DNA from: Eledone cirrhosa
Taxonomy: Eukaryota
Direction: 5' to 3'
DNA length: 64,000 bases
Assembly (NCBI GenBank): GCA_964016885.1
Contig: OZ024754.1
Coordinates: 14,818,001 to 14,882,000, forward strand
Of the stretch, positions 1-15,801 are shown piece by piece; within the stretch, counting starts at the first letter, position 1; every line of letters starts with the position of its first letter. Position numbers and translations under genes: made by a program. The notes beneath the pieces are model-generated. The model made no database searches and had not been told where the DNA came from. It saw only the letters and a list, made by a program, of their open reading frames with translations.

Positions 1-1208
1 TGTAGTTTTAAAGTTTAAGTGTTTGTAGGATCAGTCTATTTTAGCACCCCTCATACCTGTAGTTTTAAAGTTTAAGTGTTTGTAGGATCAGTCTATTTTA
101 GCACCTCTCTCACCTGTAAGATTAATCTATTTTAGTACCCCTCTTGCCTGTAGTTTTAAAGTTTAAGTTATTTTCTGCTTTGGTAATTAAAAATAAAAAC
201 TGTACAAGAAAACAATCATAATAACAGAAAAAAAGCAACTAACAACTTTTCTGACGTATGAAGTACGATAGAAATTAACATGTTATTGACATGAATGGGG
301 TAGAAGAAGGAAATCTAAGACATAGTTTTTCGGTGGTGCGGTATCTGCCCTGGCAATTGAACAGCAATAATAAAACAAACGCAACTAATAATTTTTCTGA
401 CGTCTGAAATACGATAGAAAATAACATGTTATTGACATTGGGGCACAAGCAAATCTAAGGCACAGTTTTCGGTAGTACGGCTGTACAAATAATTACCAGT
501 GTTTCTAACATAGATTTACTACTGTTTGTTCCAGCCCGCTGCACTCTTCTTATTGAGTTTTCATTACTAATGATATTGTTTACTTAAGCTAGGCTAGAAT
601 TGGTTTTATGCTCTTTGTTATACTGAAGCATTGCTTGTTGAAAACCTTCAGTGGTCCTTAGAGGTAGGGTTAATCGATTACATTAATCTCGATATTTGAC
701 GGGTACTTTATTTTATATTATCCCGGAAGTATGAAAGGAAAAGTTGGACCCTGGGGGATTTGAACCCAGAATATGCCGGAATTAAATACACCAAGGTATT
801 TCATCCGGAATTTAATAATATTTTTTCTTGACTGTTTCCACAAATGTGCCGGATTAGAGGATACGAGAGGGATAGGTTATCAAAACAATGTGTGTGTGTT
901 TGTTTGTTTCAGTGCGTGTACTTATTTCTTTTTGTGTGTGTGTTTATGTGTTTTGTGAGTATGTGTGTGTTTGTGTGTAGAAATCGTAAAATGGAAAATA
1001 AACGAAAGCACATGTATACTGAATATACGCCATCATTTACCGTAGGTACATGTTTAGAGATTTGTGAAAGGGAGAAGTTGGTATCGATCCTTATATATAG
1101 ATAGTGTTTTACTTTATCGACCCCAGAAAGCGGGAAATAAAGGATAAATATTAATAATGTCCCAACATTTATGAAATACGGAATTTCCACGAGCCCCGCT
1201 AAATATTA

Positions 1209-1405
1209 ATTGTTTCTACATTTGGCACAAGGCCAGCAAATTACCCAGTGCATTATTGGTACTTTTAATTTATCGACGCCGTAAGGATGAAAGGCAAAGT
1301 TAACCTCGGCGGGATTTGAACTCACAATGGCAAGGGCTGTACGTTCTATGCTGGAAAGCATTGTGTCCGACCCTCTACCGATACTCCCAACCCACCGCCC
1401 CGCTA
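1209..1405 (-). mobile_element. tRNA-derived SINE family S1
   Basis: B box GAGTTCAAATCCC and body ctttgcctttcatccttacgg..tcgataaa on the minus strand; many copies in the window. Confidence 0.85.
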
Positions 1406-1715
1406 AATAGTAATAACATTTACCAAGAGAAGGAAAACTCTGATGTAAAACCTACGACTCGTTGGCAGTCAATGTTGACCTGTTCTTCTGTGTTGTTCAG
1501 GGAGTGGGAGTGGTCCATAAAACTTCAAGCACATGCATTACTTGATCTAAACGATGTTCACGTGTGTTGCGTCAGCATGGTCTTTCATTTTTTTTTTCGC
1601 TGCAGTATATGTAGAAAGGAATCTAAATCCTCGGTAGGTTAAGCTCTCAATTAAGCACTCAATGGATCGAGAAGCTAGACATTATTGTATACATATGCAT
1701 ATATATGTATCGTCA

Positions 1716-1928
1716 GTCGATCAACTTTCGTCAAATCGGACCGAGGAAACAATGTTTCCATGGGTCTTTCCAATTGCTAATACTATCTATCGGTCGCAAC
1801 TCCAGGTAGAAGGAGCAACGTGAAATAAAGTGTCTTGCTCAAGGACATAACGCATCACCCGGTCCAGGAATCGAACTCACAACCCCACCATTGCGAATCT
1901 AATTCTTTAACCACTCAGCCACGCGCCT
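1716..1928 (-). mobile_element. SINE S2
   Basis: Reverse-complement homolog of 17227-17449. Confidence 0.88.
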
Positions 1929-2144
1929 ATACATATATGTGCATATATATCTATATATATTATCCTGTTGGTTTTCTCGTTGCTTCGGTGTCGTGGCTGG
2001 GCCTGCTTGCCACAGTTTTCAATTTGGTATGCCGTCTAACGAATGTTATTACTCTGAGATTCCTCATCGAATGATTGGCAGCACATTTCTCATTGTATCT
2101 CGTTGGCTTGGCTACAGCCGAATCTTCGATCTTACCAAACTTTC

Positions 2145-2186
<42 letters not shown>

Positions 2187-2881
2187 TAAAATATGTCTTT
2201 AGAATCACTAGATATAATATATGCCATTTCCTCTCCCAATTAGTATAATTAACCATATAAAAAATCAATTAGACCAAGCTATAAGAATAAAGGCTCCTAT
2301 GAAGAAATCTTCGACAAATAACCGAAAGCAGCCCCTTCGCGGTGGCTACAATAGATTATTTATCTAACATTTCGACAGCATGTAAAAATCGACCAGATAT
2401 ACAGTCAACTAAACACAATTAGGTGTAAAATTGAACTTAGAAGAATTGCGTACATACCTAATTACCTCTACCATGGTTTCATATTGATTGATTGATTGTT
2501 CCAAAGAAGACGGTATGATCGAACCCATATATTATGTCTGATATACAGTATACAGTTCTATAACTGCTATAGATAGGTCAATATATCGATATGATCAACC
2601 CTCCCAAACGATCGTAAAACAATGAATGAGATATGTAAAATAACTTGCCTTTGTTATCATTGTTTAAAAAAAATTACATAAAATTATAAAAAAAAATTAC
2701 ATAATATATCAGACTGTATATAAAAGATTGACTCAGTGAAATACAAACCTATGATTTATATACCTAATATCTAATGGAACCAATCACCAGATCTCACTGA
2801 AATACATTTTGACAGATTACAATGAGTTCTAACTACGGTATAAACCCTACTATGAAAGGTAGACCACATCGAATATATATA

Positions 2882-2922
<41 letters not shown>

Positions 2923-3237
2923 GGAAAAAATGAAACGAAATTTCATTTCCTACTCTTAGTACGGCTGTTACTTAAATATAAGTATGTACACGTACATACA
3001 TATATGTATACAGACGTACAGTAGTATATATATATATATACATACATGCACACATATATATATATGTATGTATGGATTCACCGAACATTTATTATAATGC
3101 TCGGTGTGTTTGTAAAGAAACATCCCGTATTAAGCCGTAGTGTCCAGCAACCATCGTTGCTCATTTGTTCAACACTGACAAAGGAACACTGTAATAGTTT
3201 CAGGTTTATTAGCTATATATATATATATATATATATA

Positions 3238-3568
3238 ATATAAGATCAAAAGATGGTTAAAGGAGTTCCATATATTTTATTATGCGCATTTCAAAAACAA
3301 ACATCATCAAGCAATAATATTTGTGTTTTCATCAGATAAAACAGGAGAACATGATATGAAGGCTAAAAAACACTTGTTGATAGTGCAGGTTTAAATCAAA
3401 TATTATTGCTTGATGATGTTTGTTTTTGAAATGCGCATAATAAAATATATGGAACTCCTTTAACCATCTTTTGATCTTATATTATGCATACTCCAGTCCC
3501 ACAAACTGTAGAGTGCTTCTTATCCGATATCTGCATTGCTTTATTGTACTACAATAAAACTCACCTCC

Positions 3569-3572
<4 letters not shown>
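3238..3572. mobile_element. Family B head-to-head insertion, HHR at 3273-3343 (-)
   Basis: Minus strand: uguuuuau-CUGAUGA-long stem II-GAAA-ugcgca-UA-auaaaaua; inverted partner and tail on +; TA flanks. Confidence 0.88.
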
Positions 3573-3664
<92 letters not shown>

Positions 3665-3916
3665 GAATAAAAATAACCAGGATTAAATTACTTTAAATTA
3701 TTTAATTGATTTACGATCGTTTTAATATAGTAGGAAGTACCATTTCATTCCTCTGTACTGAATTCTTCAAAACCATAAACAATATAAAAAAAAAATTATT
3801 TACCAATTGCATGTTTGGATTAAACTCTGAATTCTCTGTTTTACCTGTCTGATTGTGGACTATAAAATCACATTTGAGTTTGAATGTTGAATTATATGGT
3901 TGTAACATCAACTCAT

Positions 3917-4991
<1,075 letters not shown>

Positions 4992-5396
4992 TTGCTGGAC
5001 CGACAATCGCTCTGTATAATCAGTTCCTGATTATTACTGGAATTCTATAAGAATCCAGCCTCTATAATTTTCGGCAGAGGTCGGCGAGTACGTTGCTCTG
5101 AGGATCACCAACAGTGTGAAACAGATCTGTCAGCTTCTCTCCCTTCCTTTGCTGAAAAAGAAGTAAGTGACATAGTCACTACTTTAAAATAATAGTGCAA
5201 GGTCTTCAAAATGTTTTTAATTAAACAAGGTCTTCAAAATGTTTTTAATTAAACATACGGTATATTATCAAATATATTATACATACATTCATATATATAT
5301 ATTTAAATAGATATAAAAGCCATACAATGCATTAGAAAATTAAAGGTGCCAAGATAACGATCGAATTTCACATTAGCAAATTTAACTATATTATAG

Positions 5397-5538
5397 TATA
5401 GAGTTACGGCCCTTGCCATTCTGAGTTCAAATCCCGCCGAGGTTAACTTTGCCTTTCATCCTTATGGGGTCGATAAAATAAAGTACCAGTAATCTACTGG
5501 GTAATTGCTGGCCTTGTGCCAAAAGTAGAAACAATTAT
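5397..5538 (+). mobile_element. SINE S1, 5'-truncated
   Basis: B box and 3' body. Confidence 0.88.
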
Positions 5539-5742
5539 AATATATATATATATAAGGTGTAAATCCTTGAAAGGTTTCAAGGATTTACACCAGTCCAGCC
5601 TCCTGTTATTTTATTTCATTTATAATTAACTCCGTATTCGCACCACCAACTACACAAACGAAGACGGGTGAGCTGCATTACGTTGAGTACTCTTCACAAT
5701 ATTACACCAGGATTGACCATACGGAATGACCAGCAAACCTAA

Positions 5743-5794
<52 letters not shown>

Positions 5795-5976
5795 AATACA
5801 ATATCGGAGAAAGCTTTTTAGCGATACTCCGGCCCAATTCCAACTCACTCAACAAACATTGGAAATAAGTGATTATATTCCCAATTATGCGTTCGGGGTG
5901 CTAACTAAAAGTATTGCGTGGAAAATTGGCTGTATCTCATATGAGATATATCTATTATATCTTATCATCCATTACA

Positions 5977-6036
5977 CATGTCGAACTGACGAGCTGCGGA
6001 AAGTTCTTACCCAGCGAAACACGCGTATTCGACATG
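5977..6036 (+). ncRNA. Canonical-core type I HHR (family I, within insertion ~5798-6170)
   Basis: caugucgaa-CUGACGA-gcug..cagc-GAAA-cacgcg-UA-uucgacaug; perfect 9-bp stem I; GUA triplet. Confidence 0.9.
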
Positions 6037-6273
6037 AAAATGTTGTGAATTCAACCAGGTTTTGTATACTAACAGCAGTATTCTACTCTTACATAAAAAC
6101 ACATGAAACCAGAAGGCGCTTTTTGACTGACCTGTTTATAGGCTTGAGAAATTAAAAACAATATATTCAAATATGTATATATATATATTCAAATATACTT
6201 ATCTATATCTATCTAATATATAATAGAATAAATATGGTTTTATAAATTTAGTTTCCATTTATTTAATATCATT

Positions 6274-6404
<131 letters not shown>

Positions 6405-6735
6405 TTATTAAAATAACAGATTAAAGTTTAAGCAAAGAATCGCTGCTTTCAGCCTTAACGGGATCTTATATATAATCATTTGCGTGTGTGTGTGCAAGTG
6501 TGTGTTTGTGAGTGTGTGTGTGTACATTCAAACTATAGCGTTTCTATACAAAGTTCAATTCAAAATGGCGTTTCAAAGATGTAGGGAAAACCCACTGACA
6601 CCAAAACAGTGAAGTATTTTCTGTAGACTGAAACTTGTAGCAATGCCATTCTGTCTCAAACTATTTATACAAAATAATACAAAAATATTCTCTACCAAAC
6701 TATCTATCTATCTATCAATCTATCTACCTATCTGC

Positions 6736-6836
<101 letters not shown>

Positions 6837-7191
6837 CCCATATGTCTTCCTGAAAGATGTAATTATTTTAGGACAAGATTAACCAAGTCACAAATCCCAA
6901 TAACAGCCCAAAGATGGAAAGATAGATAGATAAATAAATAGTTAAATAGATAGATAGATAGATAAAATCAAAGTCATCGAGATTTAGTGTATATATGTTT
7001 GATAATAATTAATAACAAGATAAAAGGAAATTGATTTAAATGAACGGCTCGAGTGACACGAGGGAGAAGGCCAAGGAAAATAGAATATTGTAATCAAGGA
7101 ATTATTAAATGAATTCTTTTTTACTATAAACGAGTAACTTAATATGTCCCTTCCATATACTGTACCGATTGTGTTGTTATTTCTGTTTACC

Positions 7192-7262
<71 letters not shown>

Positions 7263-7263
<1 letters not shown>

Positions 7264-8225
7264 GTAATAATAATTGTTTCTACTTTTGGCACAAGGCCAT
7301 CAATTATCCCAGTGCATTACTGGTACTTTATTTTATCGACCCCGTAAGGATGAAAGGCAAAGTGAACCTCGGCGGGATTTGAACTCAGATCGTAAAGGGA
7401 CGTAACTATGCTGGAAAGCATGGTGTCTGACCCTCTACCGATACTGCCAATCCACCGCCCTTATATAGTAATAATAATAGTGACGAAACATAAGTCAATT
7501 GCATGAACTCATAGTCCTTTATTTAATGCTATATATATTTCGATGATAGCCATTGAATGGCTATGACCTCATCAGGCAGTTAGTCAGTTCTTAGATATGC
7601 CAGCTCTGTGTTTATAATGTTGATGGTATCAGAGCCTTGGGACATATAGTAATAATTGTTTCTACTTTAGGCACAAGGCCAGCCATTACCCAGTGCATTA
7701 CTGGTACTTTATTTTATCGACCCCGTAAGTATGAAAGGCAAAGTCAACCTCGGCGGGATTTGAACTCAGATCGTAAAGGGACGTAACTATGCTGGAAAGC
7801 ATGGTGTCTGACCCTCTACCGATACTGCCAATCCACCGCCCTTATATAGTAATAATAATAGTGACGAAACATAAGTCAATTGCATGAACTCATAGTCCTT
7901 TATTTAATGCTATATATATTTCGATGATAGCCATTGAATGGCTATGACCTCATCAGGCAGTTAGTCAGTTCTTAGATATGCCAGCTCTGTGTTTATAATG
8001 TTGATGGTATCAGAGCCTTGGGACATATAGTAATAATTGTTTCTACTTTAGGCACAAGGCCAGCCATTACCCAGTGCATTACTGGTACTTTATTTTATCG
8101 ACCCCGTAAGGATGAAAGGCAAAGTCAACCTCGGCGGGATTTGAACTCAGATCGTAAAGGGACGTAACTATGCTGGAAAGCATGGCGTCCGACCCTCTAC
8201 CGATACTGCCAATCCACCGCCCTTA
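7263..8225 (-). repeat. 381-bp tandem unit (SINE S1 + family C HHR fragment), about 2.5 copies
   Basis: agtgacgaaac at 7479 and 7860; three SINE copies and two HHR copies. Confidence 0.92.
7525..7580 (-). ncRNA. Minimal type I HHR (family C); duplicate at 7906-7961, C3U-mutated copy at 25492-25547
   Basis: acugc-CUGAUGA-ggucauagccau uca auggcuaucauc-GAAA-uauaua-UA-gcauu. Confidence 0.84.
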
Positions 8226-8562
8226 TAGTAATAATAATATATATATAGTAATAATAATAATATATATATATATATTAAACAAAACTATGTGAAGTTTCGT
8301 TTACATATATTGATTATCGATCTGTTACGCACATTTACGCAGAGGATTAGCTCTGGGTCACCCATAGGAGTTATGGACCCGACACCATTATCGGTCTGCT
8401 CTTCAGACTGATGATGCGATAAAAAATATAGTGTTTCATAGAAATCTAATACATGAAAACGAAGCTTGTTTTTTTTTTTTTAATATATACACTCTCTCAG
8501 TGCATAGAGTGCTTGTTGTGGTACCACCACCACCAGTAATTCACTGAATCACCTACACACTA

Positions 8563-8655
<93 letters not shown>

Positions 8656-8656
8656 G

Positions 8657-8890
8657 ATATAGATATGTGTGTGTATCCCGGGTTCAATCGGAGGTAACCG
8701 CAGTAAGTAAGGTACTCAATACATAGCAGAGTATTTCCTTCGAATGAAACAGTTCTAATCTTGTAGAAGCCATTTCTCTACAAGACTAGAACGGTTTCAT
8801 TCGAAGGAAATACTCTGCTATGTATTGAGTACCTTACTTACTGCGGTTACCTCCGATTGAACCCGGTATACACACACACATATCTATCTA
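8657..8890. mobile_element. Family D rearranged palindrome
   Basis: ~105-bp inverted arms containing gtattgagtaccttacttactgcggttacc. Confidence 0.82.
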
Positions 8891-9160
8891 TCTATCTATC
8901 TATCTCTATGTATATATTAATAAAAGATTGGAGGCCATAGTCAGTTGATTCAGGTTTATTTAAAATAAGCCTGAATCAACTGAATATGGCTTCTAATCTT
9001 ATATTAATATTTAATGCTCCAACTTGCGCCATTTTTACAGGTCGTTCAGCGTTTCTTTTTATCTGCTTTACAACCGACAGACCATAATGCGGTTTGTACA
9101 TTCCTGTTCGGTTAGCCCTATACTCTACCCCCCCCCCCTCTCTCGCTCTCTATACACACG

Positions 9161-9193
<33 letters not shown>

Positions 9194-9203
9194 ACACACA
9201 CAA

Positions 9204-9245
<42 letters not shown>

Positions 9246-9345
9246 CGGATGTAGAAGTAACACACGAGTTGATATATATAATTGTTTCTACGTTAGGCAC
9301 AAGGCCAGCAATTACCCAGTGCATTACTGGTACTTTATTTGATAT

Positions 9346-9412
<67 letters not shown>

Positions 9413-9593
9413 CAAATAGATTGGATATGTATATATATATATATAATAACAAATAGTAGAAAGGAAAAATACTTTTTCAGTAGAAAATGTTGACCAAGCT
9501 ATTAACAGAGAAAGATGGACAGAGAAATGAACTCCCGTCTCTGAATGAACATGTATGTGAAAATTATTTTTTCTGCCCCTTTTTATTATTATT

Positions 9594-12500
9594 ATGTCAT
9601 AGAAACCAGGGTTGGTATGTCATATATAGCAGCGTTGGTATGTCATAGAAACCAGGGTTGGTATGTCATATATAGCAGCGTTGGTATGTCATATATAGCA
9701 GGGTTGGTATGTCATATATAGCAGGGTTGGTATGTCATATATACCAGGGTTGGTATGTCATATATAGCAGGGTTGGTATGTCATATATAGCAGAGTTGGT
9801 ATGTCATATATAGCAGGGTTGGTATGTCATATATAGCAGGGTTGGTATGTCATATATAGCAGGGTTGGTATGTCATATATAGCAGGGTTGGTATGTCATA
9901 TATAGCAGGGTTGGTATGTCATATATAGCAGGGTTGGTATGTCATATATAGCAGGGTTGGTATGTCATATATAGCAGGGTTGGTATGTCATATATAGCAG
10001 GGTTGGTATGTCATATATACCGGGGTTGGTATGTCATATATAGCAGGGCTGGTATGTCATATATAGCAGGGTTGGTATGTCATATATACCGGGGTTGGTA
10101 TGTCATATATAGCAGGGTTGGTATGTCATATATAGCAGGGTTGGTATGTCATATATAGCAGGGTTGGTATGTCATATATAGCAGCGTTGGTATGTCATAT
10201 ATAGCAGCGTTGGTATGTCATATATAGCAGGGTTGGTATGTCATATATAGCAGGGTTGGTATGTCATATATACCAGGGTTGGTATGTCATATATAGCAGG
10301 GTTGGTATGTCATATATAGCAGAGTTGGTATGTCATATATAGCAGGGTTGGTATGTCATATATAGCAGGGCTGGTATGTCATATATAGCAGGGTTGGTAT
10401 GTCATATATATAGTAGTGTTGGTATGTCATATATAGCAGGGTTGGTATGTCATATATAGCAGGGTTGGTATGTCATATATAGCAGGGTTGGTATGTCGTA
10501 TATAGCAGGGTTGGTATGTCATATATAGCAGGGTTGGTATGTCATATATAGCAGGCGTGGTATGTCATATATAGCAGGGTTGGTATGTCATATATAGCAG
10601 GGTTGGTATGTCATATATAGCAGGGTTGGTATGTCATATATAGTAGTGTTGGTATGTCATATATAGCAGGGTTGGTATGTCATATATAGCAGGGTTGGTA
10701 TGTCATATATAGCAGGGTTGGTATGTCATATATACCAGGGTTGGTATGTCATAGAAACCAGGGTTGGTATGTCATATATAACAGGGTTGGTATGTCATAT
10801 ATAGCAGGGTTGGTATGTCATATATACCAGGGTTGGTATGTCATATATACCAGGGTTGGTATGTCATATATAGCATGGTTGGTATGTCATATATAGCAGG
10901 GTTGGTATGTCATATATACCGGGGTTGGTATGTCATATATACCAGGGTTGGTATGTCATATATACCAGGGTTGGTATGTCATATATACCAGGGTTGGTAT
11001 GTCATATATAGCAGGGTTGGTATGTCATATATAGCAGGGTTGGTATGTCATATATAGCAGGGTTGGTATGTCATATATAGCCGGGTTTGTATGTCATATA
11101 TAGCAGGGTTGGTATGTCATATATACCGGGGTTGGTATGTCATATATAGCATGGTTGGTATGTCATATATAGCAGGGTTGGTATGTCATATATAGCAGGG
11201 TTGGTATGTCATATATAGCAGGGTTGGTATGTCATATATAGCAGGGTTGGTATGTCATAGAAACCAGGGTTGGTATGTCATATATAGCAGGGTTGGTATG
11301 TCATATATAGCAGGGTTGGTATATCATATATACCAGGGTTGGTATGTCATATATACCGGGTTTGGTATGTCATATATACCAGGGTTGGTATGTCATATAT
11401 AGCAGGGTTGGTATGTCATATATAGCAGGGTTGGTATGTCATATATACCAGGGTTGGTATGTCATATATAGCATGGTTGGTATGTCATATATAGCATGGT
11501 TGGTATGTCATATATACCAGGGTTGGTATGTCATATATAGCAGGGTTGGTATGTCATATATAGCAGGGTTGGTATGTCATATATAGCAGGGTTGGTATGT
11601 CATATATAGCAGGGTTGGTATGTCATATATACCAGGGTTGGTATGTCATATATACCGGGGTTGGTATGTCATATAGCAGGGTTGGTATGTCATATATAGC
11701 AGGGTTGGTATGTCATATATAGCAGGGTTGGTATGTCATATATAGCAGGGTTGGTATGTCATATATAGCAGGGTTGGTATGTCATATATAGCAGGGTTGG
11801 TATGTCATATATAGCAGGGTTGGTATGTCATATATAGCAGGGTTGGTATGTCATATATAGCAGGGTTGGTATGTCATATATAGCAGGGTTGGTATGTCAT
11901 ATATACCAGGGTTGGTATGTCATATATAGCAGGGTTGGTATGTCATATATAGCAGGGTTGGTATGTCATATATAGCAGGGTTGGTATGTCATATATAGCA
12001 GGGTTGGTATGTCATATATAGCAGGGTTGGTATGTCATATATAGCAGGGTTAGTATGTCATATATAGCAGGGTTGGTATGTCATATATACCAGGGTTGGT
12101 ATGTCATATATAGCGGGGTTGGTATGTCATATAGCAGGGTTGGTATGTCATATATAGCAGGGTTGGTATGTCATATATAGCATGGTTGGTATGTCATATA
12201 TAGCAGGGTTGGTATGTCATATATAGCAGGGTTGGTATGTCATATATACCAGGGTTGGTATGTCATATATAGCAGGGTTGGTATGTCATATATAGCAGGG
12301 TTGGTATGTCATATATAGCAGGGTTGGTATGTTATATATAGCAGGGTTGGTATGTCATATATAGCAGGGTTGGTATGTCATATATAGCAGGGTTGGTATG
12401 TCATATATAGCAGGGTTGGTATGTCATATATAACAGGGTTGATATGTCATATATACCAGGGTTGGTATGTCATATATAGCAGGGTTGGTATGTCATATAT

Positions 12501-13463
12501 AGCAGGGTTGGTATGTCATATATACCAGGGTTGGTATGTCATATATACCAGGGTTGGTATGTCATATATACCAGGCTTGGTATGTCATATATACCAGGGT
12601 TGGTATGTCATATATACCAGGGTTGGTATGTCATATATAGCAGGGTTGGTATGTCATATATACCAGGGTTGGTATGTCATATATAGCAGGGTTGGTATGT
12701 CATATATAGCAGGGTTGGTATGTCATATATACCAGGGTTGGTATGTCATATATACCAGGGTTGGTATGTCATATATACCAGGGTTGGTATGTCATATATA
12801 CCAGGGTTGGTATGTCATATATAGCAGGGTTGGTATGTCATATATACCAGGGTTGGTATGTCATATATAGCAGAGTTGGTATGTCATATATATCATGGTT
12901 GGTATGTCATATATAGCAGGGTTGGTATGTCATATATAGCAGGGTTGTTATGTCATATATAGCAGGGTTGGTATGTCATATATAGCAGGGTTGGTATGTC
13001 ATATATAGCAGGGTTGGTATGTCATATATACCAGGGTTGGAATGTCATATATAGCAGAGTTGGTATGTCATATATCATATATAGCAGGGTTGGTATGTCA
13101 TATATACCAGGGTTGGTATGTCATATATACCAGGGCTGGTATGTCATATATACCAGGGTTGGTATGTCATATATAGCATGGTTGGTATGTCATATATAGC
13201 AGGGTTGGTATGTCATATATACCGGGGTTGGTATGTCATATATAGCAGGGTTGGTATGCCATATATAGCAGGGTTGGTATGTCATATATACCAGGGTTGG
13301 TATGTCATATATAGCAGAGTTGGTATGTCATATATAGCAGGGTTGGTATGTCATATATAGCAGGGTTGGTATGTCATATATACCAGGGTTGGTATGTCAT
13401 ATATAGCAGAGTTGGTATGTCATATATAGCAGTGTTGGTATGTCATATATAGCAGGGTTGGTA
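9594..13463. repeat. 23-bp satellite ggtatgtcatatatagcagggtt, ~3.9 kb
   Basis: Direct tandem array with agc/acc variants. Confidence 0.97.
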
Positions 13464-13650
13464 GTGGATCGGCAGTATCGGTAGAGGGTCGGACGCCATG
13501 CTTTCCAGCATAGTTACGTCCCTTTATGATCTGAGTTCAAATCCCGCCGAGGTTGACTTTGCTTTTCATCCTTACGGGGTCGATAAAATAAAGTACCAGT
13601 AATGCACTGGGTAATTGCTGGCCTTGTGCCTAAAGTAGAAACAATTATTA
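13464..13650 (+). mobile_element. SINE S1 fused to the end of the 23-bp satellite
   Basis: A-box-like ggcagtatcggt, B box gagttcaaatccc. Confidence 0.9.
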
Positions 13651-13698
13651 TTATCACTATTTGTCTAAATATGAAACTTAACAATATTCTGCACATCC

Positions 13699-13737
13699 GC
13701 AATTGACGATGCATATAATGCTGAAACCGGTATTGTA
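13699..13737 (+). ncRNA. Very minimal HHR (family K), core UUGACGA
   Basis: gcaa-UUGACGA-ugca uauaa ugcu-GAAA-ccgg-UA-uugu; palindromic ACCGGU. Confidence 0.6.
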
Positions 13738-13805
13738 AATAAATTAATGTTTTGATACTTCACTGAAAGAATCTCTTCAGCATTTTCTACTGAAAAAATC
13801 TTTTT

Positions 13806-13870
<65 letters not shown>

Positions 13871-13929
13871 TATATATATATATTAAAATATATATATTAA
13901 TAAAATAGATGTTCTTTTGATCAATTAAA

Positions 13930-13980
13930 TTTTATTATACATATTTCAGATGTACAACAGTACGTCCTCATCAGACAAAA
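13930..13980 (-). ncRNA. Minimal type I HHR (insertion ~13900-14132)
   Basis: uuuugu-CUGAUGA-ggacguac uguu guacaucu-GAAA-uaugua-UA-auaaaa. Confidence 0.86.
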
Positions 13981-14127
13981 TATAATGATACATGACATAC
14001 CCTGAGATGTTAAATGATTAAAATTTAATCAAGGTAGTGCTTCCAATTAGTTAAGATTTAATCAAGGTAGTGCTTTCAATCTACTGTAAAACTTATTCTT
14101 TGATGTACTCATTGAATCTTGTTTAAC

Positions 14128-14192
<65 letters not shown>

Positions 14193-14581
14193 CACAGAGG
14201 TATCCACTGTAAGTTGTGGGGTCTATTCTGTATGAAGAACTCAATGTAATCCATATGTTGAAAATGTTGTAGGTTAAGATAAATCTCAGAAAACAATAAA
14301 ACATTAAAAGGAAAACAGAGTCATGATAAAAGTTAAAACAATGACTCCAAATATGGACATGATACTAATTCTGAGTAAAATTATTATTGAATAAAATTCT
14401 TATTGCTTTTGAAAACAGCTGGTGATATGCATGTAAGTAAATATTCTCTCTATCTGATAGTTTGTAAACTTACATAGATCAATAGCTGAGTATAGATACA
14501 ATGTATTATCACCATCTAGAAACGATCGTAAAGCAGTGAAGTATATCTCTAATGACTTGATTTTTTATTTCATTGTTTTAA

Positions 14582-14985
<404 letters not shown>

Positions 14986-15519
14986 ATAAATGAAACAAAA
15001 CAAAAGAAACACGGGAATGCAATTGCAATTGGAGGAAATATCTGGAAAGTGTATGTACTCTGCCAGGTTCAAAGTAACCAGGTTACTCCGATGCTCCGGC
15101 AACTCAATCAGGCGTTACAGGTCCGTACAAACAGTGAAATTATAATTATGAGATTTTCGCCGCTTAATAATAAATAAATAATAAGTTAGTTGGCGATGCT
15201 CCAGCATGGACACCGCATAAAGAAACGGCTTGAAAATCTGAAATAAACAAATACCACTTCACAATTGTAACGCCCAGTTTAACTATTATAAAGTGCCGCT
15301 GACATACCTATAACTAATACCTCCTTCACTACAAAAGGGAGCCTTTTATACGTTTATAAAAGCCCATCTTAACTAATATAAAAACACAGATTAACTTTAA
15401 TATAGCCCGGCTTAAGACTGTCAAGTTTCTTAAATAATGGAAACCTCCTCAGTAGTTGAACTAGCATATCTTAACTGTCATTGTAAATCAGTGTAAACCG
15501 TATCCGTATTGTAATCAAT

Positions 15520-15610
<91 letters not shown>

Positions 15611-15745
15611 ATGTGTGTGTGATGCGTACGCGCATCTCTGGGCCGACATGTATTTATGTATGTGTATTCATACATATATTTGCAATATGTTTATACTTAC
15701 GTACGTGCATTCATACATAAACACGCACACACACATATATACATG

Positions 15746-15799
<54 letters not shown>

Positions 15800-15801
<2 letters not shown>

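Noticed and set aside
9594-13463. Telomeric array (gggtt within the unit)
   Set aside because: The unit is 23 bp with no TTAGGG tandem, and the array is interstitial.
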